DNA of 32,000 bases from Blochmannia endosymbiont of Camponotus nipponensis (GCF_009827135.1 NZ_CP046534.1:570001-602000), one strand, 5' to 3'. Counted from the stretch's first letter, positions 1-12,635 are shown. Numbers and translations: made by a program. Notes: generated by a model from the letters alone, not told the origin.

Positions 1-88
1 TCGATAATAATTTATAGAAATTATAAATATTTTGGTGTTTAAAATTGTACATTTATAATGTTTATTGTTTCAATGGAACATGATGTTA

Positions 89-1819
89 TCATTTTTGATT
101 GTCATTCAATTTGTGCATATTTGCAAGTAAATGTATTAATGATTCTGTGGTGGAATAATTTAGTGCTTTTTGTGCTATTTTTTTTGCATCGTGATAATAT
201 GAGCTACGGATTATTTTTTTGATACGTGGAATAGATATAGAGCTCATACTGAATTCATCTAGCCCCATTCCCAATAGTAGCAGGGTAGTTCTTTCATCTC
301 CTGCCATTTCTCCGCACATAGCTGTCCATTTTCCTTCAGCATGTGAGGCTTCGATGACTTGTTTAATCAATATTAAAATAGACGGAGATATAGGATTATA
401 TAGATGAGAAATTAATTTGTTGCCGCGATCTACTGCAAGAGTATATTGAGTTAAATCATTAGTTCCAATACTAAAAAAATCTACTTCTTTAATTAAATGA
501 TGAGCTATGATTGCAGAAGCAGGAGTTTCAATCATAATACCTACTTTAATATTTTCGTCAAATTTTTTATTTTCTTTGCGAAGTTGTGTTTTTAAAAAAT
601 TTAATTCTGTGTTTAAAGCTTTTATTTCTTCTACCGAGATAATCATAGGATACATTATGCGTAATTTCCCAAAAAAAGAAGCTCGTAAGATAGCACGTAA
701 TTGAGTATGTAATATATCTTTTCTATCTAACATAATGCGAATTGCGCGCCATCCAAGGAATGGGTTTTCTTCGTGTGGGAGATGCATGTATGGTAAATTT
801 TTATCACCTCCAATATCCATGATACGTATAACTACTGCTTTGTTAATCATTGATTCGGCTGCATTTTTATAAGCTTTAAATTGTTCTTCTTCTGTAGGTA
901 ATGTATTACGATTCATAAATAAAAATTCAGTTCTATATAATCCTATGCCTGCAGCTCCATGTTTTTTAGCTCTAATTATATCATGTATCGTACCAATATT
1001 GGCGCATATTTGCACTTGATGTCCATCAAGAGTAATAGTTGGGAGATTCTTTAATTTGGTTAGTTCATATTTTTCAGAAATATATTTCTTTTTTAATGCG
1101 TTGAGATTTTCAATAGTTTTTGGAGTTGGATTAATGTAAATTTTATTATTTAAAGCATCGAGTATTATAAAGTCTCCATTAGAAACTTGTTTTGTGATAA
1201 CACCAGTTCCTACAATAGCTGGTAATTCTAAAGAACGCGCCATAATAGAGGTATGTGAGGTATTGCCACCAGCATCAGTAATAAATCCTAACACTTTTTT
1301 TAAATTTAATTGAGCAGTTTCTGATGGGCTAAGATCTACTGCAATAATGATTACTTCTTCATTAATAGCATTTAAATCAACAATTGGGATGCCTAGAATA
1401 TTCTTTAATAAGCGATTTCCAATGTCTCGTACATCAGTAGAACGTTCTTTTAAGTATTCGTCTTCTAGTTGTTCTAAGGCTTTTGCTTGAGCTTCAATTA
1501 CTGAATGTACGGCAGCATCGGCACTAAATAGCTCTTCTTTGATAAGAGTGATAATATCTTGTTCAAGTTCTTCATCTTCTAGTAATATAATATGGCCTTC
1601 AAAAATAGCTTCTTTTTTTGTGTTTAATTGTTTTTTTACTTTCTCTTTAATTTTTTTTAATTGTTTGGATGTTTCAGCGCGTCCGGAAAGAAACCGATTG
1701 ATTTCTCGATCAATGGTATCAATGTTAATTTTTTTTGAATTAATGAGAATTTTTTTTTCTTGTAATAGCAACGCTTTTCCGAAGGCGATGCCAGGTGATA
1801 CTGAGATTCCTGAAATCAT
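89..1819 (-). CDS. ptsI: PEP-protein phosphotransferase, PTS enzyme I
   Basis: 576-aa ORF. The N-terminus [19 protein letters not shown] matches E. coli PtsI ([19 protein letters not shown]). The phospho-His region [21 protein letters not shown] is present and the protein is colinear over its full length. It lies 63 bp downstream of ptsH, as in the ptsHI operon. Confidence 0.95.
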   Translation of the reverse strand: MISGISVSPGIAFGKALLLQEKKILINSKKINIDTIDREINRFLSGRAETSKQLKKIKEKVKKQLNTKKEAIFEGHIILLEDEELEQDIITLIKEELFSADAAVHSVIEAQAKALEQLEDEYLKERSTDVRDIGNRLLKNILGIPIVDLNAINEEVIIIAVDLSPSETAQLNLKKVLGFITDAGGNTSHTSIMARSLELPAIVGTGVITKQVSNGDFIILDALNNKIYINPTPKTIENLNALKKKYISEKYELTKLKNLPTITLDGHQVQICANIGTIHDIIRAKKHGAAGIGLYRTEFLFMNRNTLPTEEEQFKAYKNAAESMINKAVVIRIMDIGGDKNLPYMHLPHEENPFLGWRAIRIMLDRKDILHTQLRAILRASFFGKLRIMYPMIISVEEIKALNTELNFLKTQLRKENKKFDENIKVGIMIETPASAIIAHHLIKEVDFFSIGTNDLTQYTLAVDRGNKLISHLYNPISPSILILIKQVIEASHAEGKWTAMCGEMAGDERTTLLLLGMGLDEFSMSSISIPRIKKIIRSSYYHDAKKIAQKALNYSTTESLIHLLANMHKLNDNQK

Positions 1820-1882
1820 AATTCTACCTGCATTAGAGTCATAAATAGTTTATATCTGTAATTGATTGGTTAATGTTTTGTA

Positions 1883-2140
1883 TTATTTAAGTTCAGCAAT
1901 GAATTTAATTAAATGTTGTACTGCTTGCTCGGCATCTGTACCATTAGCGGAAATGACAATTATAGATCCTTTACTTAAACCTAGTGTTTGTAGTTTAAAT
2001 AAACTTTTAGCATTTGCTTTTTTTCCATTAGATATTACTGTAATTTCAGAATTAAAGTTTTTTGCTTCTTTTACAAATTGAGTAGCTGGCCGAGTATGCA
2101 AACCATTGGCAGCAGTAATTATAATTTCTTTTTGATACAT
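1883..2140 (-). CDS. ptsH: Phosphocarrier protein HPr
   Basis: Homology to E. coli HPr ([27 protein letters not shown]) begins at the ATG at 2140 ([27 protein letters not shown], 85 aa, His15 conserved). A minus-strand GGAG at 2147-2150 sits 6 nt upstream of that ATG. The ORF-track start at 2152 would add MEIK and would place the SD inside the ORF. Confidence 0.9.
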   Translation of the reverse strand: MYQKEIIITAANGLHTRPATQFVKEAKNFNSEITVISNGKKANAKSLFKLQTLGLSKGSIIVISANGTDAEQAVQHLIKFIAELK

Positions 2141-2522
2141 TTTTATCTCCATTTAATTAAAATAACATGATGAAAATAACGTTTCACTCGAATTTATTAA
2201 ATTGAAACTTTTTTTTATGAATGTAGGCGAGTGAAAATATTATATTAAATTATTTCTAATTTTTTTTATTCCTTCTTTTATGTATATCACATTCAAAATA
2301 GAATATGAACTAAAGATATTTTTTCATAAATTCTTAAAATTTTTAGGATATTAGAAAATATAGTATTCTATTTACATAATGTAATTAATTCAATGTTTTT
2401 ATAAATTTCTTAAAGAATAAAAAAATATATAACGTTTTATCTGTGTAAAACAAACATAGAAAACACTTTAAACAAGCGTTTTCTACGTTATTTAACATTA
2501 ATAGAAAAATAGATTTCTATTG

Positions 2523-3470
2523 TTATAGGTTTGAGAATAATACGGTACTTAAATATCGTTCAGCAGATGATGGGAGTACAACCACTATATTTTTGGTAGC
2601 GTAAGCTTTATTTTTTTGTAATTCTATTGCTGCTGCTAGTGCAGCACCTGAAGAAATACCAGCTAAAATTCCTTCTTTTTCCATTAAATGCTTAGCATAG
2701 CTAATAGCTGCATCTATACTTACTGTTTCTACGTGATCAATTACAGTTAAATCAAGATTTTTTGGAATAAAACCAGCACCGATACCTTGGATTTTATGCG
2801 GTGCTGGTTTTATACTTTGTCCGGATAATGTCTGTGTAATTATTGGAGAATCTTTTGGTTCTACTGCAACAATAATAATTTTTTTATTTTTTTTTGTATG
2901 TTTAAAAAATCTTCCAACTCCTGTGATAGTGCCTCCTGTGCCAACTCCGGCTACAAATATGTCTATTTTTCCATTAGAATCGTTCCAAATTTCAGGTCCT
3001 GTGGTTTTTTCATGAATTTCTGGATTTGCAGGGTTATTAAATTGTTTTAATAATAAATAACGTTTAGGATCAGAAGCTGCAATCTCTTCTGCTTTGGCGA
3101 TAGCTCCTTTCATTCCATTGTGTCCTGCTGTTAATATAATTTTAGCCCCTAAAGCTTTAATTAATTTAAGGCGTTCGATACTCATATTTTCTGGCATGGT
3201 TAAGGTTAATTTGTAATGTCGTGCAGCCGCGACATAAGCTAGAGCAATTCCGGTGTTACCGCTGGTTGCTTCTATAAGTTTTGTGTTTGGTTGCAGTAAA
3301 TTTTTTTTTTCTGCATCCCAAATCATGTTAGCGCCAATACGACATTTAACACTAAAGCTAGGATTTCTAGATTCGATCTTAGCCATAATATAACCATTAC
3401 CAATGTTATTAAGCCGGACTAATGGAGTATGACCGATAGTGTAAGAATTATCTTGATAAATTTTATACAT
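2523..3470 (-). CDS. cysK: Cysteine synthase A (O-acetylserine sulfhydrylase)
   Basis: 315 aa. [21 protein letters not shown]...[22 protein letters not shown] is near-identical to the E. coli CysK N-terminus, including the PLP-lysine motif SVKCR. GVGTGGT and the C-terminal [11 protein letters not shown] are conserved. Confidence 0.95.
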   Translation of the reverse strand: MYKIYQDNSYTIGHTPLVRLNNIGNGYIMAKIESRNPSFSVKCRIGANMIWDAEKKNLLQPNTKLIEATSGNTGIALAYVAAARHYKLTLTMPENMSIERLKLIKALGAKIILTAGHNGMKGAIAKAEEIAASDPKRYLLLKQFNNPANPEIHEKTTGPEIWNDSNGKIDIFVAGVGTGGTITGVGRFFKHTKKNKKIIIVAVEPKDSPIITQTLSGQSIKPAPHKIQGIGAGFIPKNLDLTVIDHVETVSIDAAISYAKHLMEKEGILAGISSGAALAAAIELQKNKAYATKNIVVVLPSSAERYLSTVLFSNL

Positions 3471-3815
3471 GCTTAATTTTCCTCAGTCGTCATGTGTCAT
3501 TATATAATATGTTTGTTTTGAAGTTGAATATCTTATTAAAGATAGTCTGGATTAAATAAAATATGAACTTTTGCACCCTGATATAAATATTAGAAGTTAA
3601 TTAATTATTACATATTATTTTACATGTACGTATATTTAATTAATATCAATAATATTGATATCATGTTTTTAAGATATAAATAATTTATGACAGTTAATTG
3701 AATATTATTGATATTTAAGTAATCAGTTACAATAGATAATCATATGTCTAAAACATTAGTATCATAAACTGTTAATCGCATATAAATGTAAAGAATCATT
3801 TTGAGTGTAGATTAA

Positions 3816-5642
<1,827 letters not shown>

Positions 5643-5911
5643 GTAATTAAATGATATGAAACAATAGGTATTGTTAAAACTAAAATAGCGTGTGTCATTG
5701 AAACATCTTTAGATAAATTTTCAAGATTTCTAGATTAGATTGATTAAATGAATATTTTATTACCTCCTCAGAAGATGTGTTTTTTGTGCTGCATTATGAG
5801 ATGCATGTATTATGTGAGAATGTGTAACCTAAAGTTAGGGGGGTTGAAATATTATTAATTTGATAGTTGATTAATAATATTGTTGATATGATAATGAAAA
5901 TAATCGATTGT

Positions 5912-5984
5912 TGGGTCGTGCAGGATTCGAACCTGCGACCAATTGATTAAAAGTCAACTGCTCTACCTTCTGAGCTAACGACCC
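5912..5984 (-). tRNA. lysV: tRNA-Lys (anticodon UUU)
   Basis: The reverse complement is GGGTCGTTAGCTCAGAAGGTAGAGCAGTTGACTTTTAATCAATTGGTCGCAGGTTCGAATCCTGCACGACCCA. This is a 73-nt cloverleaf with anticodon loop CTTTTAA, nearly identical to E. coli tRNA-Lys. The next bases are ACA, so CCA is not encoded. Confidence 0.93.
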
Positions 5985-6003
5985 AATAAAATTAAAAAAT
6001 AAA

Positions 6004-6076
6004 TAGGTGATGGCGGATTCGAACCGCCGACCCTCTCCTTGTAAGGGAGATGCTCTACCAACTGAGCTAATCACCT
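6004..6076 (-). tRNA. valU: tRNA-Val (anticodon UAC)
   Basis: The reverse complement is AGGTGATTAGCTCAGTTGGTAGAGCATCTCCCTTACAAGGAGAGGGTCGGCGGTTCGAATCCGCCATCACCTA. This is a 73-nt cloverleaf with anticodon loop CTTACAA. It lies 19 nt upstream of tRNA-Lys, like the E. coli valU-lysV operon next to gltX. The next bases are TTT, so CCA is not encoded. Confidence 0.93.
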
Positions 6077-6091
6077 TTTCTGTTGAATTGA

Positions 6092-6119
6092 ATTATATGG
6101 ATTCATTGATATGAGTCAA
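6092..6119 (-). promoter_or_regulatory. Candidate sigma70 promoter of the tRNA-Val/tRNA-Lys operon
   Basis: The minus strand reads TTGACT (6119-6114), a 16-nt spacer, then TATAAT (6097-6092). The -10 box ends 15 nt before tRNA-Val position 1. An A/T-rich UP-like tract (AAAAACTCTATTTTTATAAAAAT) lies immediately upstream. TATAAT is common in AT-rich DNA, so confidence is moderate. Confidence 0.45.
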
Positions 6120-6162
6120 CGGATTTTTATAAAAATAGAGTTTTTAATTATATTTTATTAAT

Positions 6163-6190
6163 TTGAAATCAAATTTAATGTTTGTATAAT
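6163..6190 (+). promoter_or_regulatory. Candidate sigma70 promoter of gltX (divergent from the tRNA promoter)
   Basis: TTGAAA (6163-6168), a 16-nt spacer, then TATAAT (6185-6190), about 45 nt upstream of the gltX ATG. This is a sequence match only. Confidence 0.3.
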
Positions 6191-6236
6191 TTACATAAGT
6201 TTTACATGGTTATACATAATTAGATATGTGATCTTT

Positions 6237-7655
6237 ATGGATATTAAAACTCGATTCGCGCCTAGTCCTACAGGTTCTATACATATTGGAAATATTCGTA
6301 CTGCTTTATATTCTTGGTTATTTGCTCGTAAACAAGGCGGTAAGTTTTTGTTGCGTATAGAAGACTCTGATTTACAACGTTCTGTAAATGATGCTGTTGA
6401 GTTGATTATTTCGGGTATGAATTGGCTTGGTTTAAATTGGGACGAAGGTCCTTATTTTCAAACTAATCGATTTCATCGCTATAATAGTGTAATAAATTAT
6501 ATGATTCAACATGGTATGGCTTATAAATGTTATTGTTCGTCGGAAAGGTTAGCTTTATTACGATCAAATCAAATAAAAAATGGAGAAAAACCTAAATATG
6601 ATGGTTATTGTCGTTATAAATCTGTGATTACACATAGTGCTACTTGTGTCAGTTCTTCTTATGTAGTGCGGTTTTGCAATCCTCAGGAAGGTATAGTAAC
6701 TTTTCATGATCAGATTAGAGGTACAATTACATTTGATAATAAAGAGTTAGATGATTTAATTATTCGCCGAGCTGATGGTTCTCCAACGTATAATTTTTGT
6801 GTTGTAATAGATGATATGGATATGCGAATTACTCACGTTATACGAGGTGAGGAACATATTAACAATACTCCACGTCAGATTAATATTTTAAAGGCGTTGG
6901 ATGCTCCAATACCGATATATGCTCATGTGTCAATGATATTGGATGATGATAGAAAAAAACTATCAAAACGTTGTGGAACATTGGGACTTATGCAATATCG
7001 TAATGATGGATTTCTTCCTGAAGCTATACTGAATTATTTAGTAAGATTGGGATGGTCTTATGGCAATAAAGAAATCTTTAGTATTGAACAGATGAAAAAA
7101 TATTTTGATATTAGTAGAATTAGTAAATCTCCTAGTGTTTTTAATTATGAAAAATTACTTTGGCTAAATCATTATTATATTAATCATTTATCAATAGATT
7201 ATGTAGCTTCACATTTATCATGGCATATGCATCAACAGAGAATTAATATAAAAAATGGGCCAAAACTAACTGATATAGTAAAATTGTTTGCGAAACGTTC
7301 GCGTACATTAAAAGAAATTGCAAATAATTGTCATTATTTTTATATGGATTTTGATATATTTGAAAAGAAAGTATCCAAGGATTACTTAAAGCCTATTGCA
7401 ATAACACCGTTAAAGTGTTTAAGAAAAAAATTTAGCAACATAGTTGATTGGACTCCAGAAACTATTAAGCTGGTAATTATTGAAACTCTGAATGAATTAA
7501 ATATTAGTATAGATAAAATAGGTATGTCTCTTCGTGTAGCATTGACTGGAACAGATTGTTCTCCAACTCTTAGCATTACTATATATGCTATCGGGCAATC
7601 TCGTGTATTAGAGCGCATTGATCAAGCTATACGTTATATTTCAATGCTGTATTAG
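6237..7655 (+). CDS. gltX: Glutamate--tRNA ligase
   Basis: [31 protein letters not shown] aligns without gaps to E. coli GltX ([31 protein letters not shown]). The HIGH-type and KLSKR (KMSKS) motifs are present. The ORF-track GTG at 6228 adds 3 residues with no counterpart in E. coli, so I prefer the ATG at 6237 (472 aa against 471 aa in E. coli). Confidence 0.95.
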   Translation: MDIKTRFAPSPTGSIHIGNIRTALYSWLFARKQGGKFLLRIEDSDLQRSVNDAVELIISGMNWLGLNWDEGPYFQTNRFHRYNSVINYMIQHGMAYKCYCSSERLALLRSNQIKNGEKPKYDGYCRYKSVITHSATCVSSSYVVRFCNPQEGIVTFHDQIRGTITFDNKELDDLIIRRADGSPTYNFCVVIDDMDMRITHVIRGEEHINNTPRQINILKALDAPIPIYAHVSMILDDDRKKLSKRCGTLGLMQYRNDGFLPEAILNYLVRLGWSYGNKEIFSIEQMKKYFDISRISKSPSVFNYEKLLWLNHYYINHLSIDYVASHLSWHMHQQRINIKNGPKLTDIVKLFAKRSRTLKEIANNCHYFYMDFDIFEKKVSKDYLKPIAITPLKCLRKKFSNIVDWTPETIKLVIIETLNELNISIDKIGMSLRVALTGTDCSPTLSITIYAIGQSRVLERIDQAIRYISMLY

Positions 7656-7821
7656 ATAAAAGAGAAACATTAATTAAATATATTTTTACTTTATCAACAA
7701 GTGTACTGTTATGTAATAGTAGCGTGTTTTTTTCATAACTTAAGATATACTTGTTGAATATGTTATATGTATATGGGTTATATTATATATAATATAACGG
7801 GAAAGATTTATAATTAATTAT

Positions 7822-7894
7822 GGGGCTATAGCTCAAATGGGAGAGCGTTTGCATGGCATGCAAGGGGTTGGCGGTTCGATTCCGCTTAGCTCCA
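7822..7894 (+). tRNA. alaW: tRNA-Ala (anticodon GGC)
   Basis: GGGGCTATAGCTCAAATGGGAGAGCGTTTGCATGGCATGCAAGGGGTTGGCGGTTCGATTCCGCTTAGCTCCA, 73 nt. The G3:U70 alanine identity pair is present and the anticodon loop is ATGGCAT. It closely resembles E. coli alaW/alaX, which also sit beside gltX. The next bases are TTT, so CCA is not encoded. Confidence 0.93.
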
Positions 7895-8089
7895 TTTATT
7901 TTTATTTTATCATATAAATTTTTATTAAATAGTGTATATGGATATATTTTTATTTTATTTTTTATTTTGTGGATATTTATATATTGGTATTCCAGAATAG
8001 CATGCTATATGTTTAGTAGTGTTTTTAGTAATTTCATATTTAAATATATAAAATTTTATTGTTTGTTATTCATTGTCAGTAATTGTTAA

Positions 8090-9277
8090 TTATATAACTA
8101 AACCTGCTATTGTAGCAGATAACATATTGATGAGTGTAGAGCTATATATTAGCTTAAATCCATAATGAGATATCATATTACCTTGTGTCTTATTTAAGCT
8201 CTTTATAGCACCGGTAATAATACCAATAGATGAGAAATTAGAAAATGACACTAAGAATACAGATATTATTCCTATAGTTTGAGCGGATAAATCAGCAGAA
8301 ATTTTTTGTAAATTTATAATTGCAATAAATTCATTCGAAACTAATTTAGTTGCCATAATGCCACTGGCTTGCAGTGTTTCATTAATAGGTATACCCATAA
8401 TCCAAGCAAAAGGGAAGAAAATATAGCTTAAAATTTCTTGTAAAGATGTATTAAATAATACTTTAAATATTGCATTAAGAGCAGAAATAAGCGCAATAAA
8501 TCCTATTAACATTGCAGCAACAGTGACAGCTATTTTAAATCCAATTAAAATATATTCTCCTATGATCTCAAAAATGTTTTGGTTACTAATATAGAAACTG
8601 GTTATATGTAGGTCTCTTTCTTTATTTACTACATATGGATTAATTAATGATAATATGATAAAAGCGCTAAACATATTTAGTATCAGTGCAGCTACAACAT
8701 ATTTTGGGGTTAACATAGTCATATATGCGCCAATTATAGAGAGCGATACTGTGGACATGGCAGTAGCTGCCATAGTATACATTCGTGGTTCAGAGATATT
8801 TCCTATAATATCTTTATATATTATAAAATTTTCAGATTGCCCTAAAATTAGTGAACTAACAGCGTTGAAAGATTCTAATTGCCCCATTCCATTAATTTTA
8901 GATAAAATAGTTCCAATTATTCGAATAGCGAGTGTTAGTATATGAGTATATTGTAGAACTCCGATGAGCGTGGAAATGAAAATGATTGGACAGAGTATAT
9001 TTAAAAAAAAAGTAGCTAATTCTTGTTCATGCATTCCCCCGAAGACGAAGTTTGTCCCTTCTGATGCAAAAATTGCTAATGTATCGAAGAAATTACATAA
9101 TTTTCGTACAGAATTTAGCCCTAATTGGGAATGCAAAATAAAATATCCAAATAAAATTTCTATTATTAATATTTGAAAAATAAAGCGTATACGAATATTT
9201 TTTGGATTATTGCTAATAAGCAGTGATAGTATGATTATTGTAGAAAATCCTAAAATAAAATGTAAAATATGAGACAC
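8090..9277 (-). CDS. nupC: Nucleoside:H+ symporter (CNT family)
   Basis: 395 aa, colinear with E. coli NupC. Examples are ...[11 protein letters not shown]..., [52 protein letters not shown] and ATKLVSNEF. Confidence 0.93.
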   Translation of the reverse strand: MSHILHFILGFSTIIILSLLISNNPKNIRIRFIFQILIIEILFGYFILHSQLGLNSVRKLCNFFDTLAIFASEGTNFVFGGMHEQELATFFLNILCPIIFISTLIGVLQYTHILTLAIRIIGTILSKINGMGQLESFNAVSSLILGQSENFIIYKDIIGNISEPRMYTMAATAMSTVSLSIIGAYMTMLTPKYVVAALILNMFSAFIILSLINPYVVNKERDLHITSFYISNQNIFEIIGEYILIGFKIAVTVAAMLIGFIALISALNAIFKVLFNTSLQEILSYIFFPFAWIMGIPINETLQASGIMATKLVSNEFIAIINLQKISADLSAQTIGIISVFLVSFSNFSSIGIITGAIKSLNKTQGNMISHYGFKLIYSSTLINMLSATIAGLVI

Positions 9278-9548
9278 AATATTTACTCCATTAATGTAAG
9301 CAATAGTAATAATCGAAATTATCTATATACGTTTTAATTAAAAATAAACTGTATTTATATGTTCGCTATAGTTATTAAAGAATTACCAATGGATCTAAAA
9401 AATATAATTTTAAAAAATTAGCTTATGCTATAATTGTGGATATTTGAAAAATATAAATATCTATAGTGAGATTACATTTTCAATTTGATCCCTCAACGAT
9501 TATAAATCCATTATAGTATAATTACTTTATTTGAGTATATAAAGTTAG

Positions 9549-10817
<1,269 letters not shown>

Positions 10818-11158
10818 TGAATAAATATTCAATACGGTAGAATGAATTTGTAAAGGTTTTTGTTTTTATCGTGTAAAAAATAGCGGTATGTATATTTTTA
10901 TTATAACTAAATATATTTAATTTTGTGTTTAATGAATTTGTTTGTATACATATATAAATATGAGTTATTTAATTTTTAATATTATTATATATTTGTGTTT
11001 TAAGTAACATCAATCCACCTATAATGTATTTTATTTGATTTAATTTGATATATAAATTATTTATACCTTTATGTGATAGATTTTAGTTGAATAAGTAAAC
11101 AGTTGATATTTAATGGATGTAATATTATTGGAGGATTATATATATATTGTAATCATTA

Positions 11159-11230
11159 TGTCTTCGACAGGAATCGAACCTGTAACTAGCCCTTAGGAGG
11201 GGCTTGTTATATCCGTTTAACTACGAAGAC
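11159..11230 (-). tRNA. argW: tRNA-Arg (anticodon CCU)
   Basis: The reverse complement is GTCTTCGTAGTTAAACGGATATAACAAGCCCCTCCTAAGGGCTAGTTACAGGTTCGATTCCTGTCGAAGACA. This is a 72-nt cloverleaf with anticodon loop CTCCTAA, closely resembling E. coli argW. The next bases are TAA, so CCA is not encoded. Confidence 0.92.
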
Positions 11231-11474
11231 ATAGTAATATAAATTCATAATTGTTATAATTAATTTTTTAATTATTACATTTATATATAGTTTATATATT
11301 CTATTTTAGAATACTTCAAAAATGATAGATGTATATCATATATAAAAAGTAAATAATGTATATAAGAATTTTGAAACGATAGAATTTATCTAAAAACACA
11401 TTTTATTAATTTTATATGATCTTTAAATATATTCGTTTATGATTATAGTTTTAAATAAATTAATTTTTGTGAAC

Positions 11475-11512
11475 GCCCGATATAGGTATATTTACACCAT
11501 ATCGGGCTTTTT
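11475..11512 (+). terminator. Intrinsic-terminator-like hairpin, + orientation, with no upstream + strand gene
   Basis: GCCCGATAT (11475-11483), a 15-nt loop, ATATCGGGC (11499-11507), then TTTTT (11508-11512). On the minus strand (the aroC orientation) the hairpin is followed by GTTCACAAAAA, which is not a U-tract. It is a GC island in a very AT-rich spacer. Confidence 0.4.
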
Positions 11513-11548
11513 GTGAGTGCAGTGTGTGTATTAGTTTTTATTTCTTGA

Positions 11549-12613
11549 TTATATTTTTCCACATTGCGCACGTTGTCTGAGTAAGTGATCCATCAACACG
11601 ATAGCTATCATAGCTTCTGCTATAGGTACTACTCTAATTCCAATGCAAGGATCATGCCTCCCTGTAGTAATTACTTGTGTTTCTTCATTTTTGCATGTAA
11701 TAGTTTTCCCTGGTATTGTTATACTTGAGGTGGGTTTAATAGCTATATGTATGATGATTGGTTGTCCATTACTAATTCCCCCTAATATCCCACCAGCATT
11801 ATTACTTTGAAATCCATTTAGTGTCATTTCGTCTCTATGTTCGCTGCCACGTTTAGTAATAACTGAAAATCCATCTCCAATTTCTATACCTTTTACTGCA
11901 TTAATACTCATCAGTGCATGGGCCAAATCAGCATCGAGTCGATCGAATACAGGTTCGCCTAATCCAATCGGTATATTTTCTGCTATTATTGTTATCTTTG
12001 CGCCAATAGAGTCCCCAGATTTTTTCAAGTTGTTTATTAATGTGTCTAATGCGGTTAATTGTTCAATATCAGGACAAAAAAACGGGTTTTTTTCTACTTG
12101 CTGCCAATCTTTTAAATTACAATGGATATTACCTATTTGAGCTAGAAATCCACGAATTTTTATGTTTTTTTTATTAAATAGGTATTTTTTAGCAACAGCT
12201 CCTGCCGCTACGCGTACTGCTGTTTCACGTGCTGAAGAACGTCCTCCGCCACGATAATCTCTAAGACCATATTTTTTTTCATAAGTGTAGTCAGCATGTC
12301 CAGGTCGATATAGGTCTTTTATTTTTTCATAATCTTGAGATCGTTGGTCAGTATTTTTAATAATTAAGCCTATACTAGTACCCGTTGTTTTTTTATTAAA
12401 AATACCGGATAAAATCTCTACTGTATCTAATTCTGATCGTTGACTAGTATAACAGGAAGAACCTGGGCGTCTACGATTAAGATCGTATTGCAGATCGTCT
12501 TCTGTTAAAGGAATATTTGGAGGAACTCCATCGATAATACCTCCTAATGCAGATCCATGAGATTCTCCAAATGTTGTAACTCTAAAAAATTGTCCAATAC
12601 TATTACCAGCCAT
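11549..12613 (-). CDS. aroC: Chorismate synthase
   Basis: 354 aa. [50 protein letters not shown] and [33 protein letters not shown] match E. coli AroC almost residue for residue. Confidence 0.95.
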   Translation of the reverse strand: MAGNSIGQFFRVTTFGESHGSALGGIIDGVPPNIPLTEDDLQYDLNRRRPGSSCYTSQRSELDTVEILSGIFNKKTTGTSIGLIIKNTDQRSQDYEKIKDLYRPGHADYTYEKKYGLRDYRGGGRSSARETAVRVAAGAVAKKYLFNKKNIKIRGFLAQIGNIHCNLKDWQQVEKNPFFCPDIEQLTALDTLINNLKKSGDSIGAKITIIAENIPIGLGEPVFDRLDADLAHALMSINAVKGIEIGDGFSVITKRGSEHRDEMTLNGFQSNNAGGILGGISNGQPIIIHIAIKPTSSITIPGKTITCKNEETQVITTGRHDPCIGIRVVPIAEAMIAIVLMDHLLRQRAQCGKI

Positions 12614-12635
12614 TATTAATTTCCTTAATTATTAA

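Noticed and set aside
1-88. Looked for crr, which follows ptsI in E. coli, in the 88 bp downstream of ptsI on the minus strand. The only open frame reaching the edge starts at the ATG at 52-50 (MYNFKHQNIYNFYKLLS...).
   Set aside because: It has no resemblance to the Crr N-terminus (MGLFDKLKSL...), there is no SD, and only 17 codons are visible. I cannot call a gene or decide whether crr has been lost.
219-1844. Three + strand ORFs (219-407, 507-704, 1539-1844) inside ptsI.
   Set aside because: They are antisense to a well-supported gene, have low-complexity Ser/Ile/Phe-rich translations and have no SD. They are shadow ORFs.
1866-2081. A 71-aa + strand ORF overlapping ptsH.
   Set aside because: It is antisense to ptsH and shows no recognisable homology.
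2457-2520. AT-rich hairpins just downstream of the cysK stop on the minus strand: TAGAAAAC/GTTTTCTA (2457-2464/2478-2485, 13-nt loop, U-rich tail) and ATAGAAA/TTTCTAT (2501-2507/2514-2520).
   Set aside because: The stems are 7-8 bp and almost all A:U, one with a large loop. Such dyads arise readily by chance at this base composition, so this is not enough to annotate a terminator.
5871-6074. A 67-aa minus-strand ORF.
   Set aside because: It is a read-through of the tRNA-Lys and tRNA-Val genes. Its relatively GC-rich sequence is the tRNA sequence itself.
7382-7618. A 78-aa minus-strand ORF inside gltX.
   Set aside because: It is an antisense shadow ORF.
7853-8089. A 78-aa + strand ORF (MACKGLAVRFRLAPFIF...).
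   Set aside because: It starts inside tRNA-Ala and continues through the AT-rich convergent spacer. The translation is Phe/Ile/Tyr-rich and low-complexity, and there is no SD.
8655-9176. Two + strand ORFs (8655-8945, 8964-9176) inside nupC.
   Set aside because: They are antisense shadow ORFs.
7967-9445. The 12-mer TTGTGGATATTT occurs in direct orientation on both sides of nupC (7967-7978 and 9434-9445). It contains a DnaA-box-like TGTGGATAT (8 of 9 positions).
   Set aside because: At this composition many 12-mer repeats are expected by chance in 32 kb. nupC also sits at its ancestral syntenic position, so a mobile cassette is unlikely. A single imperfect DnaA box is not evidence for an origin. 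The 12-bp palindrome ATAGCATGCTAT (7997-8008) is dismissed on the same grounds.
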